Shown here piece by piece: positions 58,892 to 64,000 of a stretch of 64,000 bases of DNA. The stretch is taken from NCBI GenBank assembly GCA_041653675.1, contig JBAZEY010000001.1, positions 64,098 through 128,097 of the forward strand, given 5' to 3'. Under the pieces are notes generated by a model. The model was given only the letters and a program-made list of their open reading frames with translations. It made no database searches and was not told where the DNA came from. Positions within the stretch are counted from its first letter, which is position 1, and each line of letters begins with the position of its first letter. The translations under genes were made by a program, and so were the position numbers. The DNA is from Patescibacteria group bacterium. Its GTDB lineage: Bacteria > Patescibacteriota > Patescibacteriia > XYB2-FULL-38-15.

Positions 58892-60184
58892 ATGAAAAAA
58901 ATAGTTCAAAAAATTTTATACGTTTTAGCCCGATCAATTTTAAAAAAATATAAGCCCGAAGTTATTGGCATTACGGGCAGCATGGGCAAAACTTCTACTA
59001 AAGAGGCGATTTTTGCCGTGCTGTCTTCTAAATTCCGCGTGCGCCAGAATTTAAAAAATTATAATAATGAACTTGGCGTGCCGCTTTCTATTTTGGGAGC
59101 GGAGTCTGGGCGGAAATCCATTTTGAGATGGCTTGGGATATTTTTCCATGGCATAAAATTAATTTTATTTCGAGACGCCGAATATCCGCAGATTTTAGTT
59201 TTGGAAATGGGAGCCGATCACCCGGGTGATATAAAATATTTAACAGAGCTCGCGCCATGCAAGGTCGGTGTTGTGACAGGAATCGGTCCGGCGCATTTGG
59301 AATTTTTTGAAAGTATTGAAAAAATTATTAAAGAAAAAAGAGTAGTTGTGAGCCATCTTCGTCCGGAAGGTTTCGCAGTTTTAAATCGTGATGATGAGAA
59401 AGTTTTTGAGATGAGAGAAAAAACGCGAGGTAAAGTTTTGACTTATGGTTTTAACGCGGAGGCTGAAGTTCGGGCCGGGGAAGAGGGGATGATTGGAGAT
59501 GGTGTGGAAATTTCCGGAATGAATTTTAAATTGAGTTATGCTGGCGCGGTTGTTCCGATTTTTTTGCCCGGAGTTTTGGGGCGGCAACACATTTACGCGG
59601 CGCTTGCCGGCGCGGCCGTGGGAATTACTTATGGAATGAATCTTGTTGAAGTTGCTGAAAGTTTAAAAAGATATATAGCGCCGAAAGGCCGGATGAATTT
59701 GATCCCCGGCATCAAGAGAACTTTGATTATTGATGATACTTATAATGCTTCGCCAATTCCCGTGGAAGCGGCGCTCGGAGTTTTACAATCAATAAAACTT
59801 CCGGCGGAAGATGATAAAAAATTTGCCGTGTTGGGCGATATGTTGGAACTCGGAAGCTTCAGCGAAGAAGGGCATAAGCAAGTTGGACGGGCTGCGGCGG
59901 CGAGCGGAGTAGATTTTCTCGTGACGGTTGGCGAGCGGTCGCGCGATATAGTTCGGGCGGCAAAAGAAGCCGGAATGAGTGAAGATAAAATTTCTAATTT
60001 TCCAACACCGGAAGAAGCAGGAATTTTTGTTCAGGGAAAAATGAAACAAGGGGACATAGTTTTGATAAAAGGATCGCAGGGAATGCGGATGGAAAAAGTT
60101 GTTAAAGAACTTATGGCTGAACCCCTGCGGGCATATGAATTTTTAGTCAGGCAAGACGCGTCGTGGGCGCGTAAGAGAGAATAA
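58892..60184 (+). CDS. murF: UDP-N-acetylmuramoyl-tripeptide--D-alanyl-D-alanine ligase
   Basis: Mur ligase P-loop GITGSMGKTSTKE. Follows the PBP gene as in dcw clusters. Confidence 0.8.
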   Translation: MKKIVQKILYVLARSILKKYKPEVIGITGSMGKTSTKEAIFAVLSSKFRVRQNLKNYNNELGVPLSILGAESGRKSILRWLGIFFHGIKLILFRDAEYPQILVLEMGADHPGDIKYLTELAPCKVGVVTGIGPAHLEFFESIEKIIKEKRVVVSHLRPEGFAVLNRDDEKVFEMREKTRGKVLTYGFNAEAEVRAGEEGMIGDGVEISGMNFKLSYAGAVVPIFLPGVLGRQHIYAALAGAAVGITYGMNLVEVAESLKRYIAPKGRMNLIPGIKRTLIIDDTYNASPIPVEAALGVLQSIKLPAEDDKKFAVLGDMLELGSFSEEGHKQVGRAAAASGVDFLVTVGERSRDIVRAAKEAGMSEDKISNFPTPEEAGIFVQGKMKQGDIVLIKGSQGMRMEKVVKELMAEPLRAYEFLVRQDASWARKRE

Positions 60185-60254
60185 GTTGTGATATTTTAGA
60201 TTTAAGATTAAAGCGGGCCATGAAAGGCTCGCTTTTTGAAACCCCCATTGATGC

Positions 60255-60283
60255 TTGACAAATTCGTTATCATGGTTTATAAA
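60255..60283 (+). promoter_or_regulatory. sigma70 promoter TTGACA-17-TATAAA driving a noncoding GC-rich transcript
   Basis: Read from the sequence. Follows the murF terminator AGCGGGCC...GGCTCGCTTTTT. Confidence 0.5.
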
Positions 60284-60290
60284 TAGAGAG

Positions 60291-60446
60291 CCGCTGACAG
60301 ACCCGTGGGCGGCATGCCGGCCCGAAAGGCTCGGCGACGGAGGTTTGTTCGATGTACAAGTCAACGTCTGTCGCACAGAGATCGCGCTCTATGCGGCTAC
60401 ATGGGTCACTGGCTCTCGATCGAAACGACCGAGAGCCACTTTTTAT
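60291..60446 (+). ncRNA. candidate small RNA (~155 nt, GC-rich, own promoter and terminator; family unidentified)
   Basis: Long-range helix AGCCGC-U-GACAGAC / GTCTGTC...GCGGCT. GNRA hairpin GCCGGCCC-GAAA-GGCTCGGC. Terminator TGGCTCTCG...CGAGAGCCACTTTTT. No plausible ORF. Confidence 0.35.
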
Positions 60447-60482
60447 ACATACAGCGAGCCGCTGATTTTTTTGTCGACAATT

Positions 60483-60511
60483 TTTTCTTTTTTTGATATA
60501 CTAAAAATCAG
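60483..60511 (+). promoter_or_regulatory. promoter TCGACA-17-TATACT for tRNA-Glu
   Basis: Read from the sequence. Confidence 0.4.
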
Positions 60512-60523
60512 TTTAGAATTTGA

Positions 60524-60598
60524 GGCCTCATCGTCTAGCCTGATCTAGGACGCCTCCCTCTCACGGAGGAAACTCGGGTTTAAATCCCGATGGGGCTA
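60524..60598 (+). tRNA. tRNA-Glu (anticodon CTC)
   Basis: Acceptor GGCCTCA/TGGGGCT (two G-U). D-arm GTCT...GGAC. Anticodon loop CTCTCAC. T-arm TCGGGTTTAAATCCCGA. CCA encoded. Confidence 0.75.
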
Positions 60599-60798
60599 CC
60601 AAAATAAATTAGAAATTAAATACAAACTAGCAAAAAGAAATTACCGCGAATTTATTGCGAAGGATTTAAACCAGGGAAGGGTCGGAAACCGCTAGGTTTC
60701 CGTTCGCGGAAATATTAAAACCGCAGGGTTTTAAGGAGCGAAGCGACGTTTAATTTCCCGATGGGGCTACCAAAAATAAATTAGGAATTAAATAAAAT
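60578..60798 (+). repeat. ~46-nt direct repeat of the tRNA-Glu 3' end plus 25 nt of downstream flank (TTTAAATCCCGATGGGGCTACCAAAATAAATTAGAAATTAAATA; second copy 60753-60798) flanking a ~130-bp hairpin-rich spacer
   Basis: Near-identical copies read from the sequence (3 differences). Confidence 0.6.
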
Positions 60799-60803
60799 AG
60801 TCT

Positions 60804-61493
60804 ATGATTACAAAAATTTCCGAAATTATTTTTTTGGTAGGGTTATTGGTATTCGTGGGTGCCGGTTGCGGTAATAAAAATTCTGCTGATAACGAGGAAC
60901 CGGTAGAAAGTGATTCAGCAAGTCTTTGCGACTCGGCCAAAGAAATGAAGTCGCCAAGTGATTTTGCAAAAGAATTAAAGGAAATTTTTGAAGAGGCCGG
61001 CGGCAAGGTAAAAATAACAGACAGTACGGAACAAGATTCGGCGAATGGAGAAATGTTTACTTTTGTTTGGGAAAATACACCTACGGCCAAGGATTTGGAA
61101 GATGCTTTTAAAAAACACGGTTATAAAATAGAAGTTCCGGGTACGGCTATGGTGGTTTCAAAAAATAATATTATTTTTGAGTTCAATTTGACGGAGGGAT
61201 CTGAATGCGCACAAGTTATTGTCAAAAAAACAGAGGGGCCGTTTAATCGAGCCAGCAGGGTAACAATTAGTGAATGTGCGGAAATGAAGGCGTTAGCTCT
61301 CCATGCCGATGTAAGAAATCATGATTTAGGTACTGCTATGATTTGGGCTAAAAAATTATTCGACAGAATGGCCGTGATTGAGGCAAAATATGGCATATCG
61401 GAAAAACAACTCAAGACGATTTGTGAAGGAACAAGAGCCAAGGAATCGGGATTTGACGCCTTGGTGGATGAATGGGTGCGGTTATTGGAGTAA
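60804..61493 (+). CDS. lipoprotein, hypothetical
   Basis: Lipobox VGAGCGNK, 229 aa. No recognisable domain. Confidence 0.45.
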   Translation: MITKISEIIFLVGLLVFVGAGCGNKNSADNEEPVESDSASLCDSAKEMKSPSDFAKELKEIFEEAGGKVKITDSTEQDSANGEMFTFVWENTPTAKDLEDAFKKHGYKIEVPGTAMVVSKNNIIFEFNLTEGSECAQVIVKKTEGPFNRASRVTISECAEMKALALHADVRNHDLGTAMIWAKKLFDRMAVIEAKYGISEKQLKTICEGTRAKESGFDALVDEWVRLLE

Positions 61494-61519
61494 GTAAATA
61501 AGGTTTATAAATTTCTATT

Positions 61520-62233
61520 ATGTTTCATCAAGTTTGGCATGATGTTCTATACACCCCTCTTTTGAATGTTTTGATTTGGCTTTATAATGTTCCGGCTTTT
61601 GGAAATTTGGGCGTAGCGATTATTTATTTAACAATCATTATTCGCGTTGTTCTTTTGCCTTTTACGGTTGTTTCCGAACGCAGCAAAATTTTATACGAAA
61701 GATTGGGGCAAAAGATAGACAGAATCGGGCAAGATTTTAAAAACGATCCGATTCAGAAAAAAGAAATGATTCGCAAGGTCATGCGCGAACATCGAGTGAG
61801 CCCTTGGGCAAAAGTTATGGTTTTAGGCGTTCAGGCTTTAACCTTGGTTCTTTTGTACCAAGTTTTCATTGGCGGAATTAATGGCAAGCTCGGCGACCTA
61901 TATTCTTGGGTGACTCATCCAGATTTTATTAATACGGATTTTTTGGGATTTGACTTGGGAGAGGTGAGAAATTTATTTTGGAGTGGGCTGGTCGGCGCGG
62001 TTTTATTTTTAGAAATTTTTATTGACTACCGCGGCAAGTCAACCGGACTCACTAAATCCGAAGTGGCTTACATGATCTTTTTCCCCGCTGCCGTTTTTCT
62101 GACGCTCTGGATTTTGCCGATAGCTAAATCAATTTTTATTTTAACTTCAATTTGTTTTTCTTTTATTGTAATTTTCTTTAGGCAGATATTTAAAAAGAGA
62201 TTTGAAGCGGCGCCCGCAGAGTCAAAGAAATAA
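61520..62233 (+). CDS. yidC: YidC/Oxa1-family membrane protein insertase (short form)
   Basis: Conserved core GNLGVAIIYLTIIIRVVLLPFTV...KILYERLGQKIDRIGQDFKNDPIQKKEMIRKVMREHRVSPW. Confidence 0.7.
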   Translation: MFHQVWHDVLYTPLLNVLIWLYNVPAFGNLGVAIIYLTIIIRVVLLPFTVVSERSKILYERLGQKIDRIGQDFKNDPIQKKEMIRKVMREHRVSPWAKVMVLGVQALTLVLLYQVFIGGINGKLGDLYSWVTHPDFINTDFLGFDLGEVRNLFWSGLVGAVLFLEIFIDYRGKSTGLTKSEVAYMIFFPAAVFLTLWILPIAKSIFILTSICFSFIVIFFRQIFKKRFEAAPAESKK

Positions 62234-62254
62234 AGATATAAAAATAAATTTTTG

Positions 62255-62281
62255 AAACCGGCCATAAAGCCGGTTTTTTTA
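62255..62281 (+). terminator. rho-independent terminator (ACCGGC-CATAAA-GCCGGT + TTTTTTT)
   Basis: Read from the sequence. Confidence 0.65.
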
Positions 62282-62347
62282 AATCCCTTGACTCGCTATC
62301 GCTCGCTCAGAAAATAATTATGTCCTGAGTCTGTCGAAGGCCGGGGA

Positions 62348-62376
62348 TTGACAAAATTTTCATTCCATGATATAAA
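62348..62376 (+). promoter_or_regulatory. sigma70 promoter TTGACA-17-TATAAA upstream of the GC-rich noncoding unit
   Basis: Read from the sequence. Confidence 0.5.
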
Positions 62377-62384
62377 GATATGTG

Positions 62385-63566
62385 CGGGCAAACTTTCGTA
62401 AATTCAATCCGGGAGGATTAAGACACCGGTAGGTGATTGCCTCTCCAACAGGCCCGCCTTGAAAGATACGAGCTACCGCTCGTTGGAAATATGACGCGGC
62501 AGATAACTGCCGTAAGCCGCTGTAGCGCAATACGGGTATGCGTTTCGGAGCAATACCCTGAAGTTGTGGAGGTTCAAATCCTCCCTAGCGGCTCTACGAA
62601 GGTTGGCGGCCGGCGGAAGATCTCAGCCGGGTACGTCAGCAGCGGCCAGCGCGCTTGGCGCGTGTGGCTTAAAAAAAAGCCCAGTGGCTAAGTCCAAGGG
62701 GACTAGAATTGGGAAGTGTGCTCTCCCGAGCCACAGGGGAGAGCGCCAAAGCTTCCGCGAGCCGAGCTCGCGTTGGCAATAAGTTGCGGTCGGTCTGAAA
62801 GCGCGAATACGAGCGTGGTGTCGGGTTTCCCCCGATGGCTCTGGGCGCTTGCCGGCCGCGACCTGCGCTGTTCCAAAGCGGCTGCCAGAATGCGGTCGTT
62901 GAACGCTCGCCGCCAGAATGCGGTGGGCGGAATGGCGCAGATCTTTGCTCCCCGTGGTTGCCTGGATGGTGGTCTGGGCATGGGGCATTAAGGTTTCCCG
63001 ACGCCACTTGGGAAATCAGGAGGAACCCTGCTCGTCGTTATCCGCCTTAGGCGGACTGCGGCGGGTATAAAAATCTCGCGGGTGCCATCACACACTGCGA
63101 GATGGGGGCGGCACAATCGGACTCGGTGGGGTGGATCCTCCTGAGGAGGAGTTCCAGCCGAGATCGGTTCCGGGCCAAGGGAGGCCTGCTGTGTCGCTTT
63201 CTCTTAATCACGACCCATCGGGTTTGTCGGGCTTGCTCGGCAGCACGGTGGGTTGGGGCCCGGCGGTTGTCCAGGTGGTTCTGGGCAGGGCTTTAAAGGA
63301 CGCTCTCCGCCGCTATAAGAGAGGTCTAGGCGTTCCTGTCGTTCCGCAAGGGGCGAATCCCGATACTGAAACCACACCAGTAAAGGGACATCAGGAAGCG
63401 ACATAATCATGTTCCCCTCCCTGAGGAACACATGATTCCGGGCTATTTCCCGCCGTGGTATGCCTGCGATGTCGCAGTTTGCTCAGTACTTCCAAGTGCG
63501 GAATCCCGCGCGAGGAAGTCGCGATACTGCGCCGTGATGATTCATTCGTCACGGCGCCCTTTTTTA
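62385..63566 (+). ncRNA. candidate large structured RNA (~1.2 kb, ~58-60% GC, promoter-to-terminator, no credible ORF; family unidentified)
   Basis: Arg-rich junk ORFs in all six frames. Dense local hairpins. Embedded tRNA-like element. Ends at strong terminator GCGCCGTGA...TCACGGCGCCCTTTTTT (63529-63566). Confidence 0.3.
62515..62591 (+). pseudogene. tRNA-like element (acceptor, D-arm and canonical T-arm GGAGG-TTCAAAT-CCTCC present; anticodon arm degenerate)
   Basis: Hand fold gives 7-bp acceptor GCCGCTG/TAGCGGC, U8, A14, D-stem GCGC/GCGT, T-loop TTCAAAT. No 5-bp anticodon stem/7-nt loop. One extra base between T-stem and acceptor. Confidence 0.3.
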
Positions 63567-63579
63567 TCGATGACCTTGA

Positions 63580-63703
63580 CCCCGTAGTAGAATTTCGGAA
63601 TGTGAAACGGCGTTATGCAAACAAGCTTTGTGACAATTTAAAATTTTTTTAAAACAAATTATTTTTTCCGGCTTTGACGGAAATCCGAAATTTCACTACG
63701 GGG
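63580..63703. mobile_element. MITE-like element copy 2 (~124 bp; TIR CCCCGTAGTAGAATTTCGGA / TCCGAAATTTCACTACGGGG; flanking direct repeat TTGA(C))
   Basis: Same TIR family as 55153-55290, including the same asymmetric AG/GA positions. Internal sequence differs. Confidence 0.45.
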
Positions 63704-63732
63704 TTGACAAAATTGCTTTTCAGAGTTAGTAT
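63704..63732 (+). promoter_or_regulatory. sigma70 promoter TTGACA-17-TAGTAT for the last gene
   Basis: Read from the sequence. The -35 overlaps the MITE target duplication. Confidence 0.45.
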
Positions 63733-63777
63733 TAGCCATAGGGTAGATTTAATTTTTAAATCTAAACAAAACAAAAT

Positions 63778-64000
63778 ATGGCTGATTCTTTAGACAAAAT
63801 AATGTATTCGTTTGTCGTGGAAGACGTCTTAAAGGGCTTTTTTATCACTGTTCCGCCGGGTTATGTTGCCTGCGTTTACGACCTTGGCAGGGGAGTCCTG
63901 AAAAAAGTTTTGCATCCCGGTTTGCATTTAAAAATTCCATTTTGGCAGAGAGCAAAATTGTTTAATACTCAAACTTTGGAATACAATATCAGCAAGGATT
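63778..64000 (+). CDS. SPFH/band-7 (stomatin/prohibitin-like) domain protein, 3' end outside window
   Basis: N-terminal FFITVPPGYVACVYDLGRGVLKKVLHPGLHLKIPFWQ resembles SPFH-domain proteins. Confidence 0.5.
   Translation, partial: MADSLDKIMYSFVVEDVLKGFFITVPPGYVACVYDLGRGVLKKVLHPGLHLKIPFWQRAKLFNTQTLEYNISKD

Noticed and set aside
60291-60446. SRP (4.5S) RNA assignment for the sRNA candidate
   Set aside because: A GAAA tetraloop hairpin is present, but the flanking domain-IV consensus (GUCAGGUCC / GGAAGCAGC) is not.
60255-60548. Track ORFs 60255..60548(+) and 60305..60496(+)
   Set aside because: They span a promoter, a terminator hairpin and run into tRNA-Glu. No start-codon context. Interpreted as an sRNA unit.
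62515-62591. Calling this a functional tRNA (for example tRNA-Ile with anticodon AAT)
   Set aside because: No 5-bp anticodon stem with 7-nt loop can be drawn. U33 is absent. There is an extra nucleotide between the T-stem and the acceptor stem.
62437-63431. Track ORFs 62437..62691, 62564..62782, 62623..62988(-), 62669..63007(-), 62703..62981(-), 62716..62991, 62835..63050, 63102..63296, 63131..63406, 63204..63431(-)
   Set aside because: Ten overlapping frames with junk composition, no RBS/ATG context, and one lies over the tRNA-like element. Interpreted as noncoding structured RNA instead.
1-64000. CRISPR arrays, cas genes, integrase/transposase or toxin-antitoxin genes
   Set aside because: No regularly spaced direct repeats and no recognisable Cas, integrase, transposase or TA motifs found on reading. 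The only mobile signatures are the ORF-less MITE-like elements and tRNA-end duplications.

Overview
This is a low-GC (~40%) bacterial chromosomal segment, almost entirely + strand. Its gene content suggests a Patescibacteria/CPR-like genome; that is an inference, not something I can confirm from sequence alone. Contents: housekeeping genes (mreB, frr, glyQS, tpiA, fba, holB, rpmG, rlmH, uppP, rarA, PBP2, murF, yidC, cspA, DEAD-box helicase), two glycosyltransferase-rich cell-envelope clusters, an AMP/thymidine-phosphorylase family gene, a LutA/LutB-like pair, a P-type ATPase, and six canonical tRNAs (Thr-GGT, Tyr-GTA, Thr-TGT, Trp-CCA, Pro-CGG, Glu-CTC). Several sharply GC-rich islands stand out from this background. 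1) A ~1.2 kb unit at 62348-63566 with a promoter and a terminator but no credible ORF, carrying a tRNA-like element. 2) A ~0.9 kb GC-rich island at 18140-19030 with one small SD-led high-GC3 ORF, next to a stand-alone four-helix-bundle (rRNA-IVS-type) protein gene. 3) A ~400 nt structured GC-rich intergenic region at 19930-20390. 4) A ~160 nt promoter-to-terminator sRNA candidate at 60291-60446. 5) Two GC-rich protein-coding islands at 8238-8889 and 9392-10031. I also found two copies of a ~125-140 bp MITE-like element with ~20 bp terminal inverted repeats and 4-5 bp target duplications, one inserted at the 5' end of tRNA-Pro. The 3' ends of tRNA-Trp and tRNA-Glu are each duplicated 110-175 bp downstream, which looks like att-site remnants. 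I cannot assign any of the GC-rich noncoding units to a known RNA family by eye (no match to RNase P, tmRNA, SRP or rRNA signatures), so they are the prime candidates for something undescribed.
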